Assembly (NCBI GenBank): GCA_963693365.1
Contig: CAVNZM010000017.1
Span: 4,135,375-4,199,374, forward strand
From: Amoebidium appalachense
Lineage: Eukaryota; Protista; Ichthyosporea
Length of the DNA: 64,000 nucleotides
Direction of reading: 5' to 3'
In this document: one piece after another, positions 1 to 20,394 of the stretch
Layout of the letters: each line of letters starts with the position of its first letter
How positions within the stretch are numbered: position 1 is the stretch's first letter
Notes under the pieces: model-generated
Seen by the model: the letters and a program-made list of their open reading frames with translations, nothing else
Databases searched by the model: none
Told to the model about the DNA's origin: nothing
Made by a program: the position numbers and the translations under genes

Positions 1-543
1 GGGGGCCCACGTCATCCACAGTACCCGAATTTCGACCTATTCACCTCGTTAACGAAACCCAAATCAGATACTGTTTCACGTGAACATGGGTAGGTCACCC
101 GTCTTGATCAGAGACGAGCAGGGTTGCTTATGCAGGCAAGGGCAGTGGGAAAGGCCGGGGGTTAAAGTTGCAGCAGTAAGCAGAAGCAAGAAAAATACAG
201 ATAGGAACTCAGGAGACGGGGCTTCCAGGAAGCTCCCCCGTCGCTACCTAAGTTGATACTTCCCTGGCTAACATACAACACCAGCTGAAAAGAATTAAGT
301 CCCGAAGGCCGCAGAATTTGCAATCATAGGGGAAAATATGAGATTTGACCCACGCCGCAGGGTAGTAACACGCTTATAGGGCGGAAGTTTATCGTCTTCG
401 CACGGAAAGCTATGCCCCCGGATGTCAGCCGGAAATATGGTATCACCCATTGCTTTGGGCTTGAAAAAAGCCAAATCGATAGTCCGAGTTATGTTACGCC
501 GGCGGGTAACATGCCGCATGGGTTCCAAGGGAGCTTTCGCCAA
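1..543 (-). mobile_element. Longer copy of a related subfamily, possibly including the C-terminal end of a coding region
   Basis: 1-26 matches 55646-55671, and 86-135 matches the conserved CCCGTCTTGATCA..GACGAGCAGGGTTGCTTATGCA block of 56711-56747. The upstream extent, and whether ORF 295-543 belongs to the element, are uncertain. Confidence 0.6.
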
Positions 544-797
544 CAGAGCGGTGTGTGCATGCGTGCGCGTAACGCAATTTGTGAAGTGTGTCTATAGCTA
601 TGAAAGGGGGTATGCAGAAGTAGACAGATGAAGTGTGTGGAGAGAAAAACAGTAAGAAGAAAAGTAGACAACGGTGTGTGCAACCCCGCACAACATACGT
701 ATACCCACACACACACATAAATAAGCGAAGATTACAGGTAATCAACCAGAACAACAAATGACAAGCAAAACAACAGGCGCCAAAAAAAAAAAAAAAA

Positions 798-845
<48 letters not shown>

Positions 846-984
846 GGGGGGGGGGGGGGGGGGGGGGGGGGGAGGGGGGGGGGGGGTCTTAGGGATGCTG
901 CAGAATCGTCAGATATTAGACAAATCGTACCAATACGATCATGGGGGAGGGGGGGAGTTGGTGAGTGAGTGGGTGGCTGGGTGG

Positions 985-1029
<45 letters not shown>

Positions 1030-1157
1030 GGGGGGGGGGGGGGAGGAGGTTTCATCATGGAGTACCATGAAAACATTTACGAGGGATAACTCACAACGCA
1101 AATTGGAGATCCCGGGGGGAAGGGGGGGGGGGGGGGGGGGGGGGGGGGAAGGGCGCT

Positions 1158-1870
1158 TGGCATGCGGAACACGGTACCAAGCACATCTGCACAATAAGAA
1201 ACACGGTGCACGACACATGCACAGACAAACAATCAAGTATGCAGCATCAGCCACACGTAGTATATATGCAACAAACCCAAAACATCATGTATGAGGGGTC
1301 CAAGTCCGAGTTTAGTTTAGTAGCTGCGAGCGATTTTTTTTGGGGGGGGGAGAATGGGGGGGGGGGGGGGGGGGGGGGGTGGAATGCGTCATAAAGTACG
1401 AAGTACACATGTACAACGCAGGGGGGGGAAGGGGGGGGTTGAAAAACCGTAAAGTGTGTTACCGAGTTCGAAGTACACATTCACAAGGACAACACAAGGC
1501 AGAAGCTGCAGAGCACACATAGAGAGTGTGCATCACAAAAAGCAGAGCCCACCCTCGAAGGGAGCCCAAGTCATCCACACGCGCGGGGGAGGGGGGGGGG
1601 GGGTGATGTATGTGTTGAAGGGGTGGAAATATGGAGGAGACAACAAAGAGCAACAACAAAGCATCACAAAGGTGGGAAATCCATAATCAAACAATTTAAG
1701 CATGCAGGAAGAAGACACTTGAACAGAGCCCATCATCAGGGGGGTTCCTATGCCTCCACAAAAGCATGGGTTTCGACTCTTTAACCTCTCGTGCGTGGTT
1801 CCCAACCCATACTTTGTTTCAACAGCAATAGGCGAGTCCACCCGTCTTGGCCAAAGACGAGCAGGGTTGT
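1158..1870 (-). repeat. Stack of four related repeat fragments separated by G-runs
   Basis: Approximately 1158-1310, 1380-1420, 1438-1582 and 1607-1870. Each starts at or near the end of a poly(G) tract and shares TACGAAGTAC-like and/or CAGAGCCCA motifs with the family. Confidence 0.7.
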
Positions 1871-2013
1871 TCAAGGAGCAGCAATCTAAGAACGCAGAGT
1901 CTACAAAATCTGCAAGCAGACAAAAAAACAAAGAAAGCAAGCAGAGAGATAGAGTATAAGCCGGGCTTCTACAAAGTTCCCCGACTCCCTAACCTATAGA
2001 GAAGGGGAGGGAG

Positions 2014-2048
<35 letters not shown>

Positions 2049-2212
2049 GGGGGGGGGCAGGGGAGAGAGGGAGGGGGGATTTGCTAAAAGCATAAGTCCT
2101 CCACAGTACCGGAGTTTCAACACATTCACTCGTATACGAAACCAAAGACAAAGAGAGAGGTGGGGGGAAGGGGGAGGGGGGAGGGGTGGGAGGTGTGTGT
2201 CTAGAGACATAC

Positions 2213-2398
2213 CCAAAGTCGGGCAGGCCCGAGTTATCCATGCTCAGTGACTCGAGCACCGACAGGTAGTGGTATGTGCTCTGGCGGTAATTCTTCAGTC
2301 TCTCCTGCTGCCGGCCCACCAGAAGCTCGGTGTCGTCACGGAGGTAGTGGAACCCTAGGAGGAGGGAGTAGTCCATCACACCGTATTCACGCATCACC

Positions 2399-2463
<65 letters not shown>

Positions 2464-3081
2464 GGGGGGGAGGGGGGGAGGGGGGGAGGGGGGGAGGGGG
2501 AGGGGGTAAGGGGGGTGCTTGTGTTGAAGTGTGTGTGTGCGTGTGTGTGTGTGGGGAGGGTTGAATGCGTCATGGGAGAAAACGTGAAGGGGGAGCGGGG
2601 AGGGAGGGGGGGGGGGGGGGGAGGGGGCAGGGGGCATGGAGAGGAGGCACAGAGTGGATGCGTGGGTTGGTGGGGACGGGGAGGGCAGGAGTTGAGTGGG
2701 TGTATGTGTGTGTGTGTGAGTGAGTGTGTGTGTGTGTACATGCGCAGCCGTGCGTGCATGCATGGATGTATGCGTATTTGTGTGCGTGTGTGCGCACGTG
2801 CGTGTGTGTGCATGCGTGCGTGTGTGTACGCCAGTGTGAGTGAGTGAGTGAGTGAGTGTGTGTGTGTGTGTGTGTGTGTGTTTGTGCGTGTATTTGGTGG
2901 GAACCACCTACGAGGATAAAGATCGCGATGGATGGGAGATACCTGGTGGGGACGGGTGGAAGAGGTGGATTAGGAGACAAACAACTTGACTCCAGTGAAA
3001 TGTGGTGAACATCAACCGGGAGGGGAAGGGGGGGGATAATGGGATATTTGACCTCACTTAACTACGAGATACACACCGTAG

Positions 3082-3162
<81 letters not shown>

Positions 3163-5133
3163 ATGATGGTCGATATCAGGGGGTGCCTTTGCGTACGCTA
3201 AGCCCATCGATCAAATTTGATATTGCATTATGAGAACACAATAACCCCAAACTTTGAACCTTTAGTCCTCAAAGGAACACCAGTACACGCCCACTTACCA
3301 GACAGTCCTTCGTCAGTGTGCGCTTTAATGCCTCGTACGTCTGGTTGTCCAGTTTCAGCCCAGCCGCATGCAGCTCCATATAGTCGAGGTCCTTTAACGT
3401 TGGTGACTTTTTGCTCTTCTCGGCTGCACTGGCAAGCCGCCCGTGGGTGGATCCCTGGAAGAGGAGAGAGGAAATGGGGAAAAGGTATAGGGTGGGGGTG
3501 TGTGTGTTGGGAGGGGGGGGAGGGGGGAGCGAGAAAGGAGGGTTAGGGAGGGAGGGGAGGGAAAGGAGGGGGTGGGGGGGTGGGGGGAGGGGAGGGGAGG
3601 GGAGGGGGTTAGGGAGGTGTGAGATGATGGGATGGATCGGGATACCTGTGTTTGTGTGTGTCTCTGTGTATCTGCGGGTGCTCCTGTGTGTTCGTCCCTC
3701 AAGTGTGTGCGTGCAGGTGCACCCAAGCGCGCGCGTGTATTGGTGTGCATGCGAGCGACCATGTGCAGGTAGATTCGTGCGTGTGTGTTTGTGTGACGTG
3801 TGTTCGTGTGCATCTGTGTGTGTGTGTGTGTGTGTGTGTTTGTGTGTGTGTGTGCCTGTGTGCTTGCACATCCGCGCGCAGATGCGTGTGTGCATGAGTG
3901 CACAGGTGTGTTCGTGTTCATGTGTTCGTGCAATGTGTGTGTTAGTCCACTGTGTGTGTACGCATAGTAAGTGCAGGTTTTAATGTGCATGTCGGTGTGT
4001 GTGTGTGCGCACGTGCATATGCCTGTGCCTGTGTGCCTCTCTCTCTGTGTGCGTGCATTTGTGCGTGCGTGCGAGTGTGTGTATGTGTGTGTGTGTACTT
4101 ATGCACGGGCATATTTGTGTTCGTAAGGAATAAGTTGAGGAATGCTTGGCATGCACACTACATACCTTCAGATCGAACTTCTCGTCATACGTGAGGTATG
4201 AGGGCAGTATGTTGTTCATGACCACCAGCCTGATGTGCCTGCCCAGTGCGCTCTTGTAGCAGAACAGACCGAAGAACTTGGGCATCAGCGTCTTGGGGTT
4301 CTGGATCAGGTTCTGTACAGCACACCAACACACACACATGGTCAGATACTTACTCCTATTTCCCACACTCACACCACACTCACACGCACACAAAAGTCAT
4401 CAACTACACAGTTACCTCCCCCCCCCCCCCCCGCCCTCACCAATAGATGGCCTTCCATATCCGTCCCTTCCTGCACCCGAACCGATGTTTACCCCTCTAA
4501 CAATAGCCAATCCAACATTCAGCCCCCCCCCCCCCCCCCCCCCCCCCCCTTCCCCCCCCCCCCTCTGTCCCCCCTCCATACCATGAGATATCCGTTCATG
4601 AAGCGCAGCAGGAACTTCTGCTCCTTCCTTTGCACGGTCTTGATGATGAATGAGTCATCGGGGGTCAGATAGAAGAGGGACCCACTGGCACCCGGGTTGG
4701 ACAGCTCCTTGAGGGGCTCGTTGGTCAGAGACACCTGAAGGAGGAAGAAAGGGGGGGGGGGGTTTAGAAATGTGGTGTAGAGGTTTAAAAAACAGTCAGA
4801 AGAGGAGGAAAAAAAAGGGGGGGGGGGGGGGGGGGGGGTTGGGGGGTTGGGTGAGAATGAGATTATTAGTACGGAATAAATGAAAGAAGCGGCAGGGGGA
4901 TGGGGTGATGTATGCAACAGTGGGTTGGAATTCCAGAGGAGGAGACACCAGACGACACAAGACAAACATTGCAAATAGATACAATTACCAGAAGGACATC
5001 AGAACGCCGCACACAGCAGGAAGCCAAAAACGGGAGAGGTGGGGTGGGGTGGGGGGGTAGGGGGCTGATAATGCAGTACACAGTATGAAGTACAAACAAA
5101 GAGGGGAACGGGTGGGGTGGGGTGGGGTTTTTT

Positions 5134-5166
<33 letters not shown>

Positions 5167-5759
5167 GGGGGGTACCAGAAAGTCTGACGGTTGGATGTTG
5201 AAGACGTCTCGGAAATACCTGAGGTCACACCGTGTAAGCGCACATACAACATATCCCTTACCGGTATGACCACCACACCTGGCAAATCTGAAAAAAATCC
5301 TAATAACAGGTTACCCTCAGATCAACAATATCCCCGTGCCCCCCCCCCCCCCCTCTTTGCTCCCCCCCCCCCCCCCCCCCCCCCCCCCCCGCGGGTCTCC
5401 CTTCCTCCCCTCCCTCTCTCCTCTCCCCCTCCCCGCCCCTTCGTCGTCTCCATCACCCCTGCCTCTCTCCCCCATACCAACCTCCCCCGTTCCCACAAAA
5501 AGGATTTATTTTAGCCAAAACGAAAGACATAAAGCATTGCAAGAAAACTATGCGACACCTTCGTCGAATGGAGTTCCTCTCCAAGCCAAAGTGTATAGAC
5601 ACGGCACGCACACACCCGCACCATGCCAATGTACAGTGTGAATTCATTCATACATGCTGCCTGCGCACATACCCCACGAACCCCAAATCCACACACACAT
5701 CCCATCCCATCCCTCTCCCCCCCTCCACCCTCCGCCCGTGTGTGTGAGTGAGTGAGTGA

Positions 5760-5829
<70 letters not shown>

Positions 5830-6166
5830 GGGGTGGGGGGGCCCCGTGCGCGCACACGTGTTTGTGTTCCTCATTTCCTTTTTTCCTTTTTTTCTTTCTT
5901 TCTTTTTTTTTTTTTTTGGAGGGGGGGGGGGGGGGGGATGACAAGCCCCCTTTTGCCTGCAAGACAGAAGAGACTAAGGGAAACCCCAGGCACCAAATGC
6001 AACAATAAAACAAAACAACACACAACACACGCACACACTCACTTGAATGCACGGGGGGCATAGGCCATGAATGTGAAGTTTGCCGTCTTGTGTGGGGGTG
6101 TCACCGCTGACCCCTCACTGGCCCCAAAGACAACATCAGCACTAGAACTAGAACCCTCCCCTCCCC

Positions 6167-6197
<31 letters not shown>

Positions 6198-6697
6198 CTC
6201 CATCCCCCCCCCCCTCCCCCCCCCCCCCCCCCCCCCAAATCCACCCCCCTCCCTCACCCACCCACCCATTTCCCCCCCCCCCCCCCCCTCCCCCCCCCCC
6301 CCTTCCTCCCCCGTTCCACATTAGCATCACGGTTTTAGCCCCTCCTCCTCTCCTCCCCCCTATATGCTGGGTCGATACATTTTACCCCCCCCCCCCCCCC
6401 CCCCCCCTTTCTTACAAACCACATCGATACGGTTGCTTCTTCCTCCCCTCCCCCCCCATACTACGGCAACACAGTTTCCCCCCCCCCCCCCCCCCCCCCC
6501 CCACCCAAACCAAAAAAAAAAAAAAAAAAAAAAAAAGAACAAGAAAAAAGAAAACGCAAAAAAGAAAATTGGGGGCAAGAAGTAAAGAGAACGGGCAGAG
6601 GTGAGGGGGTTGGAGGGTGAAGCGGTCAAAAAAGGGGGGAGGGGAGAGGGAGTGGGAGCGAGAGGGAGGGAGGGAGGGGGGGGGGGGGGGGGGGGGG

Positions 6698-6739
<42 letters not shown>

Positions 6740-7289
6740 GGGAGAGGGAGAGAAGGTATCACACCTTGGGAAGTCCAGTGTCTCCACCTCCTGAAAGTCT
6801 CGTTCGATGATGTCTCTACTCGGCTTCTGTGCCCCAAGCTGCACACACACCATCAGCATTGTGAATCACACACATATCCCCTCCCCCACCACCTCTGCCC
6901 CGTGGTGCAGAAAACACATGAAACAACACGACTTATTGCCCCCATCCCCCCTCCCCTCGCCCTTTCAACACAACCATGCACAGATCTTGCCCCCCCCAAG
7001 TTCAGTTGATGCTGCTGTCTGAGTTGGAGAGTCGTATATACGCGGGCTAAGGGGTCGAAACTCAGACGCAATCGATGACTTGGGCCCTCCCTGAGGATGG
7101 GCTCTGCTTATGACGCATACTGTGCGCATGGCTATGTTGCATACTTGACTGTTTGCCTTTGCATGTGTCCTTCGTGTATGCGTACTTCGTACCGTGTTCC
7201 GCATTCAACCCCCCCCCCCCCCCCTCCCCCGGTAAGGAAACACACACATGGACGCCCGAGGGCGGCCCGCAGACAAGCACCCATGCCCC

Positions 7290-7320
<31 letters not shown>

Positions 7321-9131
7321 AAATAAAAAAAATAAAAAAATAAAAAATAAAAAATAAACCCCTTTCTTCCCCTCCCTCCCCCAGCCCCCACACACCCACC
7401 CACCCTTCCACAACCACAATCACACCCAGACCCAGCTGTATGCCCTCCTAAAATGTCTCCACCCCCCGCCCCCTCCCCCTCCGTCCCCCACACACCCCTC
7501 TTCTCCCTCCCTCCCCCTCCCCGCCCCCCCCCCCCCTCCCCCCCCCCCAAAAAAAACCACACCCACCATCACACGCAGACCCAGCTGTATGCCCATTTGA
7601 AATCTCTCCCCCCTCCCCCCCCCCTTCCCTGCCCCCCCCCCCCCCCCCCTCCCCCTCTCCCCCCCCCCCCCCCCCTCTCCCCCCCATCACCTACCCCCAC
7701 CCACCATCACGCACAGATCCAGCTGTATGCCCTCCATAATATCTGAACCTCCAACCCCCCGTCCCCTACCCCCTCCCCCATGCCCAAGTGCCCTTCATCC
7801 CCTCCCCCCTGCCCCCAACCCCCCTTCCTCCCCCCCCCCGCCCACACCCCCCGCCCACACCCCCCACCCCCCCCCACCAACACGCACAGAGCCAGCTGTA
7901 TGTCCTCCATAATATCTGACCCCCGCCCCCAACTCCCCCCCTGAAATCCCCCCTTCCCCCTTTCCCTCCCTCCCCCCCCACTCTCAGTCACCCCTCCCCC
8001 TCCACCCCCCCCCCCCCCTCCCCCCCCCCCAAAAAAAAAAACACACACACACACGCACCATCACGCGCAGACCCAGCTGTATGCCCTCCATAATATCTGA
8101 CGATGCGGACTTCTTGTACGTAACCTGCCCATCCACCTCCTTCCTGTGGCCTATCTTGGTCGTGGTCGAGTTACGCGTCCGCAGAGCCGCAAGGCTGGAC
8201 CGCTTCAACCCGTCACGCGCCATTCTTCGGTCCCTGTTTCCATCCAAAACACAATCACCGTGAAGAAAAGTTTAGCGTTCTAATATTTCAAAATTCACTG
8301 CAGAAAGAAAATTAAGAAGAAAAAAACCTGGCCCGCGTGAAAGAGGGGGGGGGGGGGGGGGGGGAGAGGGGGGGGGGGGAAGGGGCAGCAAAGTACATCA
8401 GAAACACGTAAAAAAGGTTCCGCCCAAATCACCGTGGAGTATGCATCAGGTTTTTTTTAAAATGCGCAGAAGAATATTGCGGCAAAGAAACGGTAAAAAC
8501 ACAAAAAGATAAATAAGGTTGCTGGCAAGTCAGGTGTGAGATTAGCCTTCCATGCTATGCCACTTTGAGACTCACGCGGGAGTGGATGGATGAGTTAGAT
8601 GGTTAGGTGTGAGGGTGTGTGTGTGTGTGTGTGTGCGCGTGCGCACGCGCGCGGGCGCGCGCTACGCATGTGTGTATGCGCAGTTTATGTAAATCTCTGC
8701 ACTTGCAGAATGCTCATAATATCAGTGTGGTTTCTCGCATTTCTTGGGGTGTGTAGAGCGGTATGCGAGTTGTGTGCGCCTGTCTGTGCTCATGCACGTG
8801 TTTGTGTGTGTGTGCCTGCCTGTACTCCTGTACGTGTGTCACACACACACTCACAAACAGTAGCATGTACCGAGTTAGTGCTGCGCACAACAAAACCTGC
8901 CCGTGCGCACATCACATCACCGACACATCAGTTCACTCACCTTGGCACAACCTCTCCAAAAGGATTTTCTCCCCCCGATGACTGTAGCCTCTCCCCACCC
9001 ACAGAAGTGGCGGATGTAGCATTTCCATGGGGCCCATCCTCCCTCTCATCCTCATGACCCGCTTCCTCCTCAACGGCATCTTCTCTCCCCGGGCCCTCGC
9101 CCTCCTCTTTCCCCTCCTGCCTCTCCGACAT
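2213..9131 (-). CDS. PIP5K1: Type I phosphatidylinositol-4-phosphate 5-kinase (PIP5K1-like), multi-exon, 3' part continues beyond the left window edge
   Basis: GT-AG exons in consistent phase: 9131-8941, 8233-8059, 6838-6765, 6117-6043, 5218-5176, 4734-4582, 4312-4166, 3454-3299, 2397-2213. Translation gives [60 protein letters not shown] and MDYSLLLG, all hallmark PIP5K motifs. The C-terminal IIDIL exon was not found in the window. The first exon is the least certain. Confidence 0.93.
6995..7209 (+). mobile_element. 5'-truncated copy of the poly(C)-associated repeat family
   Basis: Reverse complement of ~56472-56701 with a small deletion. C-run on both sides; ends GCATTCAAC-(C)n. Confidence 0.85.
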
Positions 9132-9247
9132 GACAATGCACTCGCAGCCGTCTTGCAGGCAATTGCAGCTGCAAATGGGGATCCTTTTGGTCAATCCGTA
9201 AACTATATAAGGGTAGCGGTTTGCTCAAAGACGTCGCCAGTGTGAGT

Positions 9248-9327
<80 letters not shown>

Positions 9328-9497
9328 ATTGATGTACTATATGAGGCGAGTGTTGGTACGCGCGTGTGTAAAGCAGTTACTTGTGTGTGTGCGGGCGCGC
9401 GCGCGCTCGTGTGTGTGTTATGTGTGTTTGTGTGTGTGTAACGTACGATGTGGGGCATGTGTTGGCGTGGGTGTGTGTGATAAGTATAATAAGCAAA

Positions 9498-9544
<47 letters not shown>

Positions 9545-11255
9545 GTTGCTTGTGCATGACTGCGTGCAAGAACACCTGTCTGTGTGTGTTTATTAAGGCC
9601 GAGGTGGCGCTGGCCGAGGAAGGGAGGGGGGAAAGGGAAAGAGGGAAGGGGGCCAGGGGGGGCGGGGGGGGGGGGAGGGTGGGGGGAGGAGGGGAAGGCA
9701 GTGGGGGGAAGTGGGGGGGGGGGGGGGGGGGAAGGGGGGTAGAAGGGTAACTCGGGCGCGACAAACACCCACACTTCCCCGTCTCTGCCTGCCTGCCTCT
9801 ATGTCTGTGCCTATTCTCTGCAATGCTTGGTTCATTAAACCCTAGTAACAGCTGGAAAGTCAAAGTAAAGCAACAAGAGCCACGAAAGTGCGTGAGAGCG
9901 GGCGAAGACCGAATCTTTTGTCAGACAGTGCAAACCACAAGCATGACTGTTATCAGATCTTAACTTGGTCGGTACTTCATCCATTAAAAATAACACAGGG
10001 AGAACAAAAAAATGTGAGGGTTCCTTACCACCATACGCTCATAAGAGCAGCAACTACACCGGATCCAAGACTTGTGCGTCCCCAAACGGTATAACAGATA
10101 ATCAGCAAAGGGAAGTACTGCAGTTCACGCTCAGGAATGGGGAAAGAAAAAAAAAAACTAACGTTGTTATGTAATGCAGAATAAAAACTAGTGTGCCGTG
10201 CGCACACGCTGAGTGAAGGAAAAACGATCGAAGAAAGGCTTGTGGAGCCTGGGTTTCATCTTCACTCAACGTCCAAAAAGAAAAGGGGTTGCCGGCGAGC
10301 ACTAAGAAACGGTAGGAAGATGTTTCATCTAGTTATCCTTCCGCCACAATAACCGTTTCCTAAATGTTCCTCCTCTCGCTTACATGGCCATAATTACATC
10401 CGGGTGATCTACAACAGCTACTCTGTGATAAGGCACAAGAGTAACAATTCAAGATAATTAGCTCTTTGATGTGAACGCCCGTTGTTAAGGGTGCTTAGAT
10501 GCTTCTGATAAGCCCAACTCTGTTATATAATGGTATAAACTGTCATATACTTCTACATGTGTGGCTAAAATATACAGAAGTAACGCAAACTCTCACACAT
10601 GCGTGTTAGCAAGAACTTTGCTTGTCACTCATAATCATTACCTTTGAAAACGCCCAAGACAAAAAACGAAACGTGATGACGGTGAGTATTAAAGATTACA
10701 CGCAACTACATGAACCCATATATGGCACTTCCTCTATCAATCTGCTTCAAAATAGCCAAATATAGGGTACATATGATGTTGTTATTGGTTCAATAATTCC
10801 CGTAGTTCAACGTTTTCACCGTTATTGTTAAGAAGGCGGGTGAAGTTCAAACCGGTACCGCTCCCCTATACACTTGGAGAGAGTAACCGTTTGTTTGAAT
10901 TGTAGAGATATGCGTACCGATTAGAATTTGCGAAACATATAGGCCTGCATCTCTGACGTACACTCCAGCTGTAGTGTGCCAGCACATCTTCCATTCAACT
11001 GATTGCACCTTTGAAACGAAAAAGAAATTTGCGATTCTGAAGGCGGGGCCTTCTTCCTGGGCTGGGCTTGATCTCCACACTCAGTTGTGATCCAACAGCA
11101 TCACATAGTGCGAACGATCATAGCCATATAACCCTAGCGTGTGCATTTCAGTTAATTTCCAGGCTAAACAGCCTTAGTTAGGCAGCAGAAGGGATTTACA
11201 TTCGGGCTGATTATAAACATAGCCAAAGAGGTTTCTAAGAGAGAGAGCGTTCAAC

Positions 11256-17760
<6,505 letters not shown>

Positions 17761-18088
17761 CTATTAGAAGTTGTGTCGTTTGTAAATACTATGTTTAGTA
17801 AAACTGTAGACAGGGAGAACGAGCCGTGGACGCTTAGCACTCATCTTGAGGTACTGTTGCCTAGCACTAGGTCAGCTGCAGCAACACATCCTTTCTAGTC
17901 GACAGCTACGGCTGGTGTGTTCATGTCCGTGGTTACTGTGACTCAAGATTTCTTATGTTTGAGCCACTTTTGAAGACGAACAAAGCTTCAGTTGGACACG
18001 AAAAGGGACAGGGGCCTCTGGTGGCTGCGTGTGTTTGTTTGTGCCTGTGTACTCGGGGGGTAGAGGAGGGGAGGTGGAGGTGGGGGGA

Positions 18089-18121
<33 letters not shown>

Positions 18122-19104
18122 AGATTTGGAACGGCCAGAGGGAAGAAGAGAAGGGGTATGGGATGGAAAGCCGATGTATGAATGTGCGTTGGGTAGCATG
18201 GCTTCAGTACCTTTCCTGACTGGAGAGACTGGTGGATCCGGCCGGCCGCGGGTCGATTATTCGTGCTGATCGGCTTGCAATTTTAATTTTTTTTAATTAG
18301 CTTCTGGCTCTTTGGGTCTTTTATTGTTTTGGAGTGTATTGTAGTTAGACCTGACACTTTCGAATGAGAATATACCTACTCTTTTTTCTCGTTAGGTACT
18401 TGTGTTGACTTTGTCAGAGCTCTTCAAGACTTCCGTCAGTTTGTCGTCCATAGCCTCGTTGCAGTTTGGATAAAGTAGGCCAATAAAAACGCATGTTTCT
18501 GTACCATAAAAGGCAAATTCCAATCCCCGGGTAAACAAACAGCGCATATAATTGATCCACCAATCACACGCCACGTAGCTTCATGTTGCACAATGTAGCC
18601 ACATTCCTTTTTTCTGGGGAGCCAATCAACGCGAACGTTTCATGAATGACATAAAATCGACATTATGACGTCACATGTACACCGGCGCCGGGCAGCTGCA
18701 GCCCGGGCCGGCCAGCCGGCGGGCTACTGAGAAAAAAAGCAAAAAACGAACCCCCTTTTTTTATCCGAACTATTATTTTTGGGCTTGTTCAGTTTCACGT
18801 AAGCATTTGGAAAAAACGTGACAATAGGTGTGACGTGGATAAGTCACCAAAACGTGAAGATTTCTTGCTTGGCAGGGCGAGCGTTTTCTTTATTGTAGCC
18901 TACTAGACATGCAATGTTTTCTTGTATGTGGTTGTCTGTAGCTTCAAATGATTATGCAACGAAGCTAAACTTTGGCATTTCAACCTAAACTCAGATACAC
19001 ACGGGTTGACAAGCTATACCGGTTTCTCCTCACGTCATGTTGTGAACTCTAGCCTGCAGTATTAGTAGTGCCTTTCTTTTAGAAGTACAACACAAACCAC
19101 CACC

Positions 19105-20394
19105 ATGTCCTGGTACATCAGTTCGGCCACTAGGCCGGAAGATACACACAATGTCACTGACCAAGCAAGTAGCCTTTGGGACTATTTCTTTGGAGATGAT
19201 CAACAAAATAACAACTCTGTCCCTGCTTCTGTCGGTGTGGGTGCTGCTATAATAGCAAACCAGCGGCGTAAATCAGCAACGGGAATACCCGTACCAGAAG
19301 AGGGTGTCCCTTACGCAAAAGTTAGAACCGCTGCTACAGCAACACCAACACAGCAAAAGGAGACGGAAAGATTAAAGAGTAGTGTGGAGCTTCTTTTCCC
19401 TACCAAAACTAACATGATGGAATCTCGCGATATGGTCATGCAGCAAAATTCTTCGGCCGAAACAGAGGAGCAAGACCTGGCCCCGACACCGTACGTTTTC
19501 GAGACGAAGCCGCCGGCTACACTTAAAAAAACAGCATCCAAAACCTTAAAGATCGAGACACAACATGAAGAAAAGCCGAAACCCAAACCGGCCAAGGTCG
19601 ATACTCTAGTTACAAAAGCATCCACTGGAAGTTTAGCGAGTACACGGAGCGGCACGAGCATTAAATCCATGCCGGCGTTCGTCCCCACCCCTTCCTTCAC
19701 CGTTCCACCCACCCACCCAAATCCATCCTCTACGTCCCTCCAGCAAGAAAAACCGCCTGTTCCAGAGCCTGAATCCCTGTCTGTGTCCAACATGCAAACG
19801 AGCAGTCAGAAATCTCTTCCGTTGGTGAACAGTCAGCCCGAACCGGGGGCTCTTAGCCACCTGGCCCATTTGATGCCTAATCCTCTTGCGGGCACTGGGA
19901 GTTTGGATGATGTTTCCAAGAAGAAGGGTCGGAAACGGCCCACATCCCTTTCCATGCACTTCAACAATCCGTTCAGTCGCTCACGCTCGCCAGAAGCGAC
20001 GCCCCGCGGCTCGGATAAGGAAAAAGAGAAGGAAAAGGAGCCCGATACGTTGGCACCAGAGGCGGCTGCGGTCGTAACATCAGGTGTGTTTTCACCCAAT
20101 AATCGCAGCGTGCGTCGGGTTTTGAGCTTTGGCGGGCACTCGAAGAAAGACAGGGAGGAGGATGGGAAAGATTGTGATGTAGGTTTAGCTTCATCCCCAC
20201 GGTCGATCACGCGGGTGAAGTCGGGGAGCGGGTTTTTCAAGACCCATAGCCTGTTTCACAAATCGAAGAGCAGCACTAATCTGGACGATTCCAAGAGCAA
20301 AAGTACGACGGCGTTGCCTGATGTTGGTGGGAAGGCGTTCCCTGCGCTGCTGCCAACACTTGAGAGCGTGGATTTGTTCGAGTTCAAGAAGTGA
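19105..20394 (+). CDS. Hypothetical 429-aa Ser/Pro/Thr/Lys-rich, probably disordered protein
   Basis: Uninterrupted 1290-nt ORF in microsatellite-free sequence. ATG in CACCATG context, preceded by a ttttag acceptor (probable 5'UTR intron). No domain recognised. Confidence 0.65.
   Translation: MSWYISSATRPEDTHNVTDQASSLWDYFFGDDQQNNNSVPASVGVGAAIIANQRRKSATGIPVPEEGVPYAKVRTAATATPTQQKETERLKSSVELLFPTKTNMMESRDMVMQQNSSAETEEQDLAPTPYVFETKPPATLKKTASKTLKIETQHEEKPKPKPAKVDTLVTKASTGSLASTRSGTSIKSMPAFVPTPSFTVPPTHPNPSSTSLQQEKPPVPEPESLSVSNMQTSSQKSLPLVNSQPEPGALSHLAHLMPNPLAGTGSLDDVSKKKGRKRPTSLSMHFNNPFSRSRSPEATPRGSDKEKEKEKEPDTLAPEAAAVVTSGVFSPNNRSVRRVLSFGGHSKKDREEDGKDCDVGLASSPRSITRVKSGSGFFKTHSLFHKSKSSTNLDDSKSKSTTALPDVGGKAFPALLPTLESVDLFEFKK

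Noticed and set aside
5550-5610. Candidate PIP5K exon ([13 protein letters not shown])
   Set aside because: Exon 5218-5176 supplies the expected YFRDVF..DFL segment with correct phases, so this one is not needed.
18667-18722. TGACGTCA plus GC-rich palindromes as a promoter for the 19105 ORF
   Set aside because: Plausible, but short motifs alone cannot support a call.
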